DNA of 64,000 nt, taken from positions 1,472,001 through 1,536,000 of the forward strand of contig OZ244720.1 in NCBI GenBank assembly GCA_965219085.1. The letters are read 5' to 3'. Below are positions 8,858-17,668 of this stretch, piece after piece. Origin of the DNA: Dehalococcoidia bacterium (GTDB lineage: Bacteria > Chloroflexota > Dehalococcoidia > UBA2979). The stretch's first letter is position 1. Every line of letters starts with the position of its first letter. Position numbers and translations under genes: made by a program. The notes beneath the pieces are model-generated. The model did no database searches. It was not told the origin of the DNA and saw only the letters and a list, made by a program, of their open reading frames with translations.

Positions 8858-10417
8858 GTGCGCGCGATTCTGAGTGTCTACGACAAGACCGGCGTGGCCG
8901 AGTTCGCGCGCGGCCTGCACGATCTCGGCTGGGAGCTGTTCTCGACCGGCAACACCCAGCGTGTCATCGCCGAGGCCGGCGTACCCGTCGGCAGCGTCGC
9001 CGACATGACCGGCAGCCCCGAGATCCTCGACGGCCGCGTGAAGACGCTGCACCCGCGGGTCCACGGCGGGCTGCTCGCGCGCCGCGACCGCGACTCCGAC
9101 GCCGCCGAGCTGGCCGAGCACGGCATCGAGCCGATCGACCTCGTGGCGGGGAACCTCTACCCATTCGTGCAGACCGTGACCGGCGGCCCCGTCACGCTCG
9201 CCGAGGCGCTCGAGGAGATCGACATCGGCGGGCCGACGATGATCCGCGCCGCCGCCAAGAACCACCCATGGGTCGTGCCGATCGTCGATCCCGCGGACTA
9301 CGACGATGTTCTCGACGCGCTGCGCGCCGGCGGCGTCGATGCGGGGCGGCGGCGCGAGCTGGCCGCGAAGGCGTTCGCGCACGTCGCGCACTACGACACG
9401 GCGATCGCCGAGTACCTGCGTGGTGAGGACGACCTGCTGCCGGAGCAGCTCACCATCGGCATGACGCGGGTGGCCGAGCTGCGCTACGGCGAGAACCCGC
9501 ACCAGCGAGGCGCCTTCTACACGCTCGACTCGGTACGCGCGCCGGTCGAGGGCATCGGGGCCTTCGAGCAGCACCACGGCAAGGCGCTGTCCTACGTGAA
9601 CCTGCTCGACGCCGACGCGGCGTACAACCTCGTCGCGGAGAGCGAGCAGCCCGCCATCGCGATCATCAAGCACACCAACCCGTGCTGCTTCGCGGCCGGC
9701 GACGAGGGTGTCGCGGCTCTGTACGAGCGCGCGCTGCAAGTGGGCGACTCTATCTCGGCGTACGGGGGCATCGTCGCCACCAACCGGCCGATCGACTTCG
9801 CGTTCGCGACGGCGCTGCGCGACGTGCTGAGCCCGGTCACGGGCGGGCGCATGTTCTTCGAGATCGTCGTCGCGCCGGGGTTCGAGGAGGACGGGCTGGA
9901 TCACCTCAAGAAGAAGTCGCGTGACCTGCGCATCCTCACCGTCGACGCGGGGGACCCGCGGCGACCCCGCGTGGAGCTGCGCTCGACGCGCGGCGGCGTG
10001 CTGGTGCAGGAGTCCGACCTGTCCGAGGAGACCACGTTCGAGGTGGTCAGCGACCGAGAGCCGAGTGCGGCGGAGCTCGACGACCTGCGGACGGCGTGGC
10101 TGCTCTGCAAGCACGTGAAGTCCAACGCCATCACGCTCGTGCGCGACGGGGTGCTCGTCGGGGTGGGCGCGGGGCAGCCGAACCGCGTCGAGAGCGCCCG
10201 GCTGGCCGTGGGCAGCGCGGGCGAGGCGGCGAGCGGCGCAGCGCTGGCCTCGGACGCCTTCTTCCCGTTCCCCGACTCGCTCGAGGTGGCCGCGGCGGCC
10301 GGTGTGACGGCGGCCGTGCACCCCGGCGGCTCGATCCGCGACGAGGAGTCGGTGGAGACCGCGAACCGCCTGGGGATGGCGCTGCTCACCACTGGTGCGC
10401 GCCATTTCCGCCACTAG
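8858..10417 (+). CDS. purH: bifunctional AICAR transformylase/IMP cyclohydrolase
   Basis: SVYDKTG, GRVKTLHP, LRYGENPHQ, SDAFFPF, terminal RHFRH. Confidence 0.97.
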   Translation: MRAILSVYDKTGVAEFARGLHDLGWELFSTGNTQRVIAEAGVPVGSVADMTGSPEILDGRVKTLHPRVHGGLLARRDRDSDAAELAEHGIEPIDLVAGNLYPFVQTVTGGPVTLAEALEEIDIGGPTMIRAAAKNHPWVVPIVDPADYDDVLDALRAGGVDAGRRRELAAKAFAHVAHYDTAIAEYLRGEDDLLPEQLTIGMTRVAELRYGENPHQRGAFYTLDSVRAPVEGIGAFEQHHGKALSYVNLLDADAAYNLVAESEQPAIAIIKHTNPCCFAAGDEGVAALYERALQVGDSISAYGGIVATNRPIDFAFATALRDVLSPVTGGRMFFEIVVAPGFEEDGLDHLKKKSRDLRILTVDAGDPRRPRVELRSTRGGVLVQESDLSEETTFEVVSDREPSAAELDDLRTAWLLCKHVKSNAITLVRDGVLVGVGAGQPNRVESARLAVGSAGEAASGAALASDAFFPFPDSLEVAAAAGVTAAVHPGGSIRDEESVETANRLGMALLTTGARHFRH

Positions 10418-10437
10418 CGGCGGGCAGGGGCGCCTCG

Positions 10438-11181
10438 ATGGCCACGGTCGACCTCGTCCTCCCCGTCTACAACGAGGAGGCGATCCTCGAACGCAGCACG
10501 GCGACCGTGCTGGCGTGGACCGAGGCGCACCCCGAGCACGAGTGGCGCATCGTCATCGCCGACAACGCCTCGGTCGACGGCACGCGCGCGATCGCCGAGG
10601 AGCTGGAGGCGCGCCACCCCGGGCGCGTGGCGCTGCTGCACATTCCGGTGAAGGGCCGCGGGATCGCGCTGCGGATCGCCTTCCTGACCTCGCACGCCGA
10701 CGTGTCGGCGTACATGGACGTCGACCTCTCGACCGACATCAAGCACATCCCGGAGCTCGTCGACCCGATCGCGGCGGGCGAGGCGGACATCGCGTACGGG
10801 ACGCGGCTGCACCGCGACTCGGAGACGGCGCGCGGGTTCAAGCGCGAGGCGATCTCGCGGGTGTACGTGCAGATGCTGCGACGGCTGGCGGGACTACGCG
10901 TCACCGACGCGCAGTGCGGCTTCAAGGCGATCAGCCGGGAGGCCGCGCGCGAGCTTGTGCCGCTCGTGGAGGACACGCAGTGGTTCTTTGACTCGGAGCT
11001 GCTGCTGATCGCGCAGGAGAATGGTTACCGGCTACGAGAGGTGCCCGTCCGCTGGATCGAGGATCGGGATAGCCGGGTGGCGATCGTGCGCACCGCGATG
11101 GAGGACCTGCACGGCATCTGGCGGCTACGCCGCGGGGGCGTACCGCGGGTGATGCGCCATCCAGACGCGGACCCTCGCTGA
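10438..11181 (+). CDS. GT2 polyprenyl-phosphate glycosyltransferase (DPG synthase-like)
   Basis: PVYNEE, DNASVDGT, YMDVDLS, DAQCGFK, WFFDSE. Confidence 0.9.
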   Translation: MATVDLVLPVYNEEAILERSTATVLAWTEAHPEHEWRIVIADNASVDGTRAIAEELEARHPGRVALLHIPVKGRGIALRIAFLTSHADVSAYMDVDLSTDIKHIPELVDPIAAGEADIAYGTRLHRDSETARGFKREAISRVYVQMLRRLAGLRVTDAQCGFKAISREAARELVPLVEDTQWFFDSELLLIAQENGYRLREVPVRWIEDRDSRVAIVRTAMEDLHGIWRLRRGGVPRVMRHPDADPR

Positions 11182-11252
11182 TGCCGAACAGCGATTGTGA
11201 TGGCGGGGCGGCCCGGGAGGCCGGTGGGGGCTGGACAACGCCCGGAGTTTCC

Positions 11253-11282
11253 TTGACCTTAGCTCGGGGCCGTCGCTAGGAT
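11253..11282 (+). promoter_or_regulatory. sigma70-type promoter for the Rieske/cytochrome b operon
   Basis: TTGACC-18 nt-TAGGAT. Confidence 0.55.
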
Positions 11283-11384
11283 CGCCGCGGTCTGAACGCC
11301 GCCTGTGCGTCCCGGCCCATGGTCACGCTCGGACGGTCGTCATACCGGAGGCCGCCGGGCGCGAGGCGAACATTGAGGTGCCAG

Positions 11385-11492
11385 ATGATCTTCGGTGAAG
11401 TCGGCGAGGCGATGGAGCTGAGCATCATCTTTGTCCTCATGGCGGCGGCGTTGGCCGCTATCGTGGTTCTCGGGAAGTGGTGGGAGGCGTAG
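11385..11492 (+). CDS. 35-aa single-TM microprotein (not in ORF track)
   Basis: GAGGTG RBS then MIFGEVGEAMELSIIFVLMAAALAAIVVLGKWWEA*. Confidence 0.65.
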   Translation: MIFGEVGEAMELSIIFVLMAAALAAIVVLGKWWEA

Positions 11493-11574
11493 CGCGCCGA
11501 TCGCGCTCGCACGTTGGAGGCGTTTGCCGCGCGCCTGATCGCGGCAGCTAGAGGACCAAACCGAAAGGGGCGGG

Positions 11575-12330
11575 ATGGCAACCACCGAACGTCCCCAGGG
11601 ACAGGCGATCGTTGATCGCGCCTACGAGTTCCTCGTCAACAACCGGGTGTGGAAGTCCATCTTCCGCATCGGGTACCCGAACACGCCGCGCAACCAGATG
11701 CTCGCGGTGGCCACCAACGTCTTCCTGCACCTCCACCCTACCCGCGTGCACCGCACGCACGTCAAGATCACCCACACCTACTGCCTCGGCGGGCTGTCGT
11801 TCTTCCTGTTCCTGGGGCTGACCATCACAGGCGTGCTGCTGATGTTCTACTACGTGCCCTCCGTCGAACGCGCATACGCGGACATGCAGGCGCTGCAGAC
11901 GGACGTGCGCTTCGGGATGATGCTGCGCAACACGCATCGATGGATGGCGCACGGCATGGTCATCACCGTGATGCTGCACATGATGCGCGTCTTCTACACC
12001 GGCGCGTACAAGCCGCCGCGCGAGTTCAACTGGGTCGTCGGCGTGATCCTGCTCGTGCTGACGCTGCTGCTCTCGTTCACCGGCTACCTGCTGCCGTGGG
12101 ACGAACTCGCCTTCTGGGCCATCACCGTCGGCACCAACATGATCGGGTCCGACCCCATCCTCGGCGACCTCAACCAGTTCGTGATGATCGGCGGCTTCGA
12201 GGTGGGACAGAACGCCCTGATCCGCTTCTACACGCTGCACGTTATCGCGTTGCCGCTGGCAGCCGCGATCTTCATGGCCGTGCACTTCTGGCGAATCCGC
12301 CGTGACGGCGGCCTCGCGCGGCCGCTGTAG
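11575..12330 (+). CDS. cytochrome b6-type N-terminal cytochrome b subunit
   Basis: [41 protein letters not shown]; ends GGLARPL. Confidence 0.93.
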   Translation: MATTERPQGQAIVDRAYEFLVNNRVWKSIFRIGYPNTPRNQMLAVATNVFLHLHPTRVHRTHVKITHTYCLGGLSFFLFLGLTITGVLLMFYYVPSVERAYADMQALQTDVRFGMMLRNTHRWMAHGMVITVMLHMMRVFYTGAYKPPREFNWVVGVILLVLTLLLSFTGYLLPWDELAFWAITVGTNMIGSDPILGDLNQFVMIGGFEVGQNALIRFYTLHVIALPLAAAIFMAVHFWRIRRDGGLARPL

Positions 12331-12342
12331 GGGAGGACGGCG

Positions 12343-13278
12343 ATGGTAGCCGAAGCACCTGCTCCCGCCTCTGCGCGCCAACGCGGCGCGATGCCGAGCG
12401 TGCGGCCTCGCCGCCAGCGCGAAGAAGAGCTGCTCGTCTGGCCGGACCTGGTCTTCGTCGAGTTCATCGCGTCGCTGATCTTCACGCTCACGTTCGTGGC
12501 GCTGGCGATCCTCATTAACGCGCCGCTGCAGGACCGCGCAAACCCGGCGAACACGCCGAACCCGTCGAAGGCGCCGTGGTACTTCCTGAACCTGCAGGAG
12601 CTGCTGATCCACATGCACCCGGCGCTCGCCGGCGTGATTGTGCCGACGGTCTTCCTGGTGCTGCTCGCCGCCGTGCCCTACTTCGACACCTCGCAAGAGG
12701 AGCAGGGCCGCTGGCTCGCGACGCCGCGCGCGTGGCCGAACATGCTCATCGGCTTGGCCGTGGGGTTCGTCGGGACGTGGTCGCTGATCGTCTACGACTC
12801 GGGCAAGCACATCGTGCTGTACGAGCGATTCTCCGTGCAGGGCAGCGCGTTCAGCGTATGGCCGCCGTTCATGGCGGAGGAGAACGTGCGGACGTGGCCG
12901 GAGGCGCTGGCCTGGCTGAGAAGCGTGCGCGCCCTCCAGACCGATATTAACTGGAACAACGACCTCACGGGTGTCCCGCTCGGTGAGACGTTCATCCGCA
13001 CCGACTTGCTGGGGCTGCCACGAGGCAGCATCCGATGGAACATCCCGGCGTGGATCGTCGAGCAGGCCATCCCGCTCGGCTTCATGATCGGGCTGCCGAT
13101 TCTGCTCTCACTGGTCGCGTGGCGGACCGGGCTGGCGAGGACGCGGCGCGATCACATGATCCTGATCTTCTCGGGATGGTTCGCGTCGTGGCTGGTGCTG
13201 ACCGTTGCCGGCACGTACTTCCGGGGCGCCGGGCTGGAGTTGCTCTGGCCGTGGGATGTGTTCCCGGCAGAATCGTAG
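12343..13278 (+). CDS. subunit IV-like cytochrome b C-terminal subunit, extended
   Basis: WPDL, ANPANTPNPSKAPWYFL; extra loop and helices; C-terminal GTYFRG..WPW. Confidence 0.85.
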   Translation: MVAEAPAPASARQRGAMPSVRPRRQREEELLVWPDLVFVEFIASLIFTLTFVALAILINAPLQDRANPANTPNPSKAPWYFLNLQELLIHMHPALAGVIVPTVFLVLLAAVPYFDTSQEEQGRWLATPRAWPNMLIGLAVGFVGTWSLIVYDSGKHIVLYERFSVQGSAFSVWPPFMAEENVRTWPEALAWLRSVRALQTDINWNNDLTGVPLGETFIRTDLLGLPRGSIRWNIPAWIVEQAIPLGFMIGLPILLSLVAWRTGLARTRRDHMILIFSGWFASWLVLTVAGTYFRGAGLELLWPWDVFPAES

Positions 13279-13334
13279 AGAGTCAAGCGATCGCCGTGCG
13301 GTGGGATGACTCACCGCGCGCGAGGAGCGTCTGA

Positions 13335-13997
13335 GTGACGAGCGAGACAGAGACCGCCGAGCAGGTAACCGATGCCTGGCGTGAGGCTATCGCCGCACGT
13401 CGCATCCAGGTGGCCGAAGGGCAGGCGCTCCCAGGCGCCCAGGTCAGCCGCCCGGCGCGAGACGAGATCACGCGCCGCAACTTCGTCCGCCTGGCCTTCT
13501 GGTCCGGCCTCGGGCTGACGCTGCTCGGCAGCGTCGCCGCGACGCTGGACTTCCTCTACCCGCGCGGCATCAAGGGCTTCGGTGGTCCCGTCCCGGCGGG
13601 CAAGGCGTCCGAGTTCCCCCGCGGCGGGAACCCGCAACACAACATCATCGGGCAGTTCTGGCTCGTCAATCTCGACCCCGCGGAGTCGCGGCCCGGCGGG
13701 AGTGGCGGCGGCGAAGGGCTGCTCGCGCTCTGGCACCGCTGCCCGCACCTCGGCTGCACGGTTCCCTGGCGGTCGGGCTTCTCGTACGGGGGTGACCAGG
13801 GCTGGTTCCGCTGCCCGTGCCACGGCTCCACGTACACCAAGTCGGGCATCCGCGTGTTCGGCCCCGCGCCGCGCTCGATGACCACGATGAAGGTGGACAT
13901 CGACGACAGTGGCAATATCACCGTGCAGACGGGCGACCGCCTGGCGGGCAGTCCGACCAACCCCGAACGCGCGGTCCCGCACCCGACGCTGACGTAG
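13335..13997 (+). CDS. Rieske 2Fe-2S subunit with Tat anchor
   Basis: ITRRNFV Tat motif; CPHLGC and CPCHGS boxes; GPAPR. Confidence 0.93.
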   Translation: MTSETETAEQVTDAWREAIAARRIQVAEGQALPGAQVSRPARDEITRRNFVRLAFWSGLGLTLLGSVAATLDFLYPRGIKGFGGPVPAGKASEFPRGGNPQHNIIGQFWLVNLDPAESRPGGSGGGEGLLALWHRCPHLGCTVPWRSGFSYGGDQGWFRCPCHGSTYTKSGIRVFGPAPRSMTTMKVDIDDSGNITVQTGDRLAGSPTNPERAVPHPTLT

Positions 13998-14035
13998 ACC
14001 GGCGCGACTCAGGGCATCGCTGAGCCGGAGGTGAG

Positions 14036-15226
14036 ATGAACACCAGCAAGCAGGTCAACGTGATGATCGGGCTGCTGTTCGTCACCTTCGTCGTGATCGT
14101 CGGCTACTTGTTCAACGAGTCCACCCGCCTGGTGGTGGAGACCGAAGAGATCACGCACCGCAACGCCGAGCGTGGCGCGCGGCTCTTCGTCGCGAACTGT
14201 CGCACCTGTCACGACCTCGAAGGCACCGGCGGCATCGGCGCGGCCATCAACAACAAGGCGTTCTGGATCTTCGAGGAAGACAACGCCCACGGCCTGCCCG
14301 CCACGCCCGAGGGCGAGGCGGCAGCCATCCGCAAGTACATCCGCGAGACCATCGAGTGCGGCCGGCCCGGCACGTACATGCAGACGTGGTCGCAGCGCTT
14401 CGGCGGTCCGCTCTCAGACACGCAGGTCAACCACCTCGTGACACTGCTGACCAACGACCCGACCGGCAAGTCGGACTTCTGGCACCTTGTCGTCGAGGAG
14501 GGCGAACACGCCGACGAGGAGCAGTTCGCGGCGGTGCTCGAGAAGGAACTCGCACTCGTGGCGGCCCTGACGGAGCAGCTCGGACGAGAGCCCACCGAAG
14601 AGGAGCTCGCCGCCTACACGGAAGAACTGACCGCCAGCGAGCAGATCGGGAGCGTCGTGGAGCGCTACGGCCGCCACCCGACGACGGAGGAGATCCGCGC
14701 GCGCAGCCAGGAGATAACGGTCGTCCTCGACCCGACCGCGCTGACGGTCAACACCGAGTCGTGCGGTAACTGGCATCCGGACACGAAGGCTGAGTTCCGC
14801 GCCCGCGACCCGTTCGCCACGGAGGCCACGGTCGCGACTACCGAAGACGATGACGATGCGCCCGAGCCGACGCCGACGGTTGAGATTGCCGACGTCGACG
14901 CGACCGTGGTCGTCGAGATGACGGAATGGGACATGATCGTCGACCAGCCGCTGCCGGCCGGCGTCGTCGGTTTCCAGGTCCAGAACGTCGGCGCCGTGGC
15001 GCACGAGTTCAAGGTCATCCGCAGCGACGTCGCTGCCGACGGCCTCACGCTCGAGGGCGGCAAGGCCAACGAAGGCGGCCTCGAGATCCTCGCGGCAATT
15101 ACCGAGTTCCAGGGCGGCGCGACGCAGACGACAGCACTTGAGCTGACGCCCGGCCAGTACTTGCTGTTCTGCAACATCCCCGCGCATTACCAGCTCGGTA
15201 TGGCCGTCTCGGTCACGGTGGAGTAG
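14036..15226 (+). CDS. membrane-anchored cytochrome c fused to a C-terminal cupredoxin domain
   Basis: N-terminal TM; CRTCH plus distal Met (GTYMQTW); C-terminal AHEF...YLLFCNIPAHYQLGM. Confidence 0.88.
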   Translation: MNTSKQVNVMIGLLFVTFVVIVGYLFNESTRLVVETEEITHRNAERGARLFVANCRTCHDLEGTGGIGAAINNKAFWIFEEDNAHGLPATPEGEAAAIRKYIRETIECGRPGTYMQTWSQRFGGPLSDTQVNHLVTLLTNDPTGKSDFWHLVVEEGEHADEEQFAAVLEKELALVAALTEQLGREPTEEELAAYTEELTASEQIGSVVERYGRHPTTEEIRARSQEITVVLDPTALTVNTESCGNWHPDTKAEFRARDPFATEATVATTEDDDDAPEPTPTVEIADVDATVVVEMTEWDMIVDQPLPAGVVGFQVQNVGAVAHEFKVIRSDVAADGLTLEGGKANEGGLEILAAITEFQGGATQTTALELTPGQYLLFCNIPAHYQLGMAVSVTVE

Positions 15227-15332
15227 CGACGAGGAAACACACACGACGGGGACGCGACCGGACACCGGGAGCCCTCGCAACGCAGGCAACATAGAGGCGA
15301 CCGCGGGAGCGGCGCCGGCGGAGGGGAATCAC

Positions 15333-15449
15333 ATGGCAGTTGAGACCGGCAAGCGCTACCGCTGCAACACCTGCGGCGCCGAGTTCATCGTGACCCGCGG
15401 TGGCGACGGCGCGCTCAAGTGCGGCGACGACGAGCTCGAGCAGATCTAG
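15333..15449 (+). CDS. 38-aa desulforedoxin-like microprotein (not in ORF track)
   Basis: GGAGGGG RBS; MAVETGKRYRCNTCGAEFIVTRGGDGALKCGDDELEQI*. Confidence 0.75.
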   Translation: MAVETGKRYRCNTCGAEFIVTRGGDGALKCGDDELEQI

Positions 15450-15460
15450 GGGGCGCGAAG

Positions 15461-15604
15461 ATGACCGTAGCACTGGGCAAGCGATACCGCGACGATTCGT
15501 CCGAGGTCGAGGTGCTCTGCATCAAGCCAGGCGAGTGCAGCCTGAACGTCGACGGCCGCGGCATGGAAGAGCTGCAGCCGAAGGTCCTGCCTTCCGCCGA
15601 CTAG
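15461..15604 (+). CDS. 47-aa paralogous microprotein
   Basis: MTVALGKRYRDDSSEVEVLCIKPGECSLNVDGRGMEELQPKVLPSAD*; shares GKRYR with the upstream gene. Confidence 0.72.
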   Translation: MTVALGKRYRDDSSEVEVLCIKPGECSLNVDGRGMEELQPKVLPSAD

Positions 15605-15698
15605 TCCTGCCTTCGGCAGACGCTCACGAGCGCGCGGCCTCATTGTCGCGCGCTTGTTTCGTGTCCGCGGCGCGAGCCCACTCGCTGCGGTTCGCTCG

Positions 15699-17237
15699 AT
15701 GACCCCCCGCGAATCGCCGCCGCCCGAGCCGCTGCTCATCGAGGCGCGCGTGCTCGTGCCCGACGGCCCCTCGCTGCGCCACGCCCACGCTGCGCTCGCG
15801 TGCGCCGCCGGCAGCATCGTCGCCCTCGGCACGCTCGACGCCTGCGCGCGGGCGCTGCCCGGGACGCCTCGCCGCATCGTCGCGCCCGAGGCGTACGTGC
15901 TGCCCGGCTTCATCGACGCGCACGTCCACGTACTGGCTGCCGCGGCGGCCGAGGCGGGGGTCGACTGCTCGCCGCGCGCCGTGTCCAGCATCCCCGAGCT
16001 CCTGGGTGTCATCGCGCGCGCGGCGGCGGAGCGCCCGCCCGGGGCGTGGGTGCGTGCCCACGGCTACGAGGAGACGATGCTCGCCGAGCGCCGCCACCCG
16101 ACGCGCGCCGAGCTCGACGCGGCCGCGCCGCACCAACCCGTGCGGCTCACGCACCGCTCCGGGCACGCCGAGGTGCTGAACTCGCGTGCGCTCGCCCTCG
16201 TCGGCATCGACGAGTCGGTGCCGGAGCCGCCGGGCGCGGCCTTCGGGCGCTCGCTCGAGGACGGACGGCTCGACGGGCTGCTGCTCGGCATGGCCGAGCG
16301 CCTCGAGGCGGCCATGCCGCCGCCAAACCGCGCGGCAGTCGCTGTTGCCGTGGGTGCGTGGGCGCACGCACAACTCGCCGAGGGCGTGACGACTCTTGTC
16401 GACGCTGGGCCGCGTAACGGCCCCGCGGAGTGGGAAACGCTCGCCGCCCTCGCGTCCGGCGGCACGCTCCCGCAGCGGCTCGTGGTGATGGAGGGCGCCG
16501 ACTACCTCGGCGAGTTGCCCGAGCAGGCCATCGGCGGTCGCGTGCTGCGCGGCGAGGTGAAGCTGCAGCCGCGCGTGCTCGAAGGCGACGCCGTCAGCGT
16601 CAAGGCGCTCACGGACGTCGTGCGGCGGGCCACCGCTGTCGGCCGTCGAATCGCCGTGCACGCGCCGACGGTGGAGTCGGTGCAGGCCGCGCTCGACGCG
16701 TTCCGCGCGGCGGGCGACCCGCGCGGCCACCGGATCGAGCACGCGCCGCTGCTGCCGCGTGGACTCGTCGAGGAGATCGCGGAGGCTGGAATCGCCGTCG
16801 TCGCGCAGCCCGGACTGCTCGCCGAAGTGACGCCACGCTACGAACAGCTGCTCACGCCTGGGGAGCGCGAACGCCTCCACCCGTGGCGCGACTTGCTGGA
16901 CGCGGGCGCGCCGCTCGCGTTCTCATCGGATGCACCGGTGAGCCGGTCCGGGCCGCTCGCGGCGAGCGCCGCGGCGTCTACGGCGCGCCCGGCGACACTC
17001 GCGCCGGAGCAGGCGCTGCGACCGCTGGAGGCGCTGGCGGCGTGGACCTCGGGCGCGGCGGCGGTGTGTGGCCTGGACCGTCTCGGGCGGCTGGAGCCGG
17101 GGCAGGCCGCCGATCTCGTGCTGGTCGAGGGGCCGGTGGAGTCGGACCCCGGGGCGTGCCGGGTGCTGGCCACCGTAGTCGGGGGCGAGGTGGTGTACGC
17201 CGCGCCGGACATCGAGATGGACGCCCCTCCTGTTTGA
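15699..17237 (+). CDS. YtcJ-like metal-dependent amidohydrolase
   Basis: PGFIDAHVH, HRSGH, AVHA, HRIEHA, SSDAP, GRLEPGQAADLV. Confidence 0.85.
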   Translation: MTPRESPPPEPLLIEARVLVPDGPSLRHAHAALACAAGSIVALGTLDACARALPGTPRRIVAPEAYVLPGFIDAHVHVLAAAAAEAGVDCSPRAVSSIPELLGVIARAAAERPPGAWVRAHGYEETMLAERRHPTRAELDAAAPHQPVRLTHRSGHAEVLNSRALALVGIDESVPEPPGAAFGRSLEDGRLDGLLLGMAERLEAAMPPPNRAAVAVAVGAWAHAQLAEGVTTLVDAGPRNGPAEWETLAALASGGTLPQRLVVMEGADYLGELPEQAIGGRVLRGEVKLQPRVLEGDAVSVKALTDVVRRATAVGRRIAVHAPTVESVQAALDAFRAAGDPRGHRIEHAPLLPRGLVEEIAEAGIAVVAQPGLLAEVTPRYEQLLTPGERERLHPWRDLLDAGAPLAFSSDAPVSRSGPLAASAAASTARPATLAPEQALRPLEALAAWTSGAAAVCGLDRLGRLEPGQAADLVLVEGPVESDPGACRVLATVVGGEVVYAAPDIEMDAPPV

Positions 17238-17263
17238 CGCCCCCGGCGTGGCGCACCTACGAT
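17234..17263 (+). promoter_or_regulatory. putative rpsU promoter
   Basis: TTGACG-18 nt-TACGAT. Confidence 0.5.
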
Positions 17264-17355
17264 TCAAGGCGTTCGTCCCGGTGGCCTGTGGGCAGGCGTG
17301 GGGCGGAGCCGCGGGACCATCCCGCGGGGACAGCTGTGAAGGGTCGGCACGACAC

Positions 17356-17562
17356 GTGACCGAGGTGTACGTCGGGGAGACGGAGTCGTTCGAGGCCGCG
17401 CTGAAGCGCTTCAACAAGCGCGTGCAGGCCGATGGGATCCTCTCCGAGGCGCGGCGGGCGGAGTATTACGAGAAGCCGTCCGTGCGCCGCAAGAAGAAAG
17501 AAGCCGCTCGTCTCCGCAAGCTGCGCAAGGCGATGCGGGCGCAGGCCAAGCAGCGACGCTAG
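17356..17562 (+). CDS. rpsU: 30S ribosomal protein S21
   Basis: ESFEAALKRF...YYEKPSVRRKKK; GTG start. Confidence 0.95.
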   Translation: MTEVYVGETESFEAALKRFNKRVQADGILSEARRAEYYEKPSVRRKKKEAARLRKLRKAMRAQAKQRR

Positions 17563-17668
17563 CGCGCCCGTCACGGGCGCGCCGGGGCCTCGCTCCCGGG
17601 TCGGCATACGCGGCTGCCGCGCGCGAGTCGTCGCGCGCGCGTGACCAGGGACGGCAGGCGCTACACAG

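Noticed and set aside
15447-15463. Stop read-through joining the two microproteins
   Set aside because: The ORFs are in different frames and the second has its own ATG
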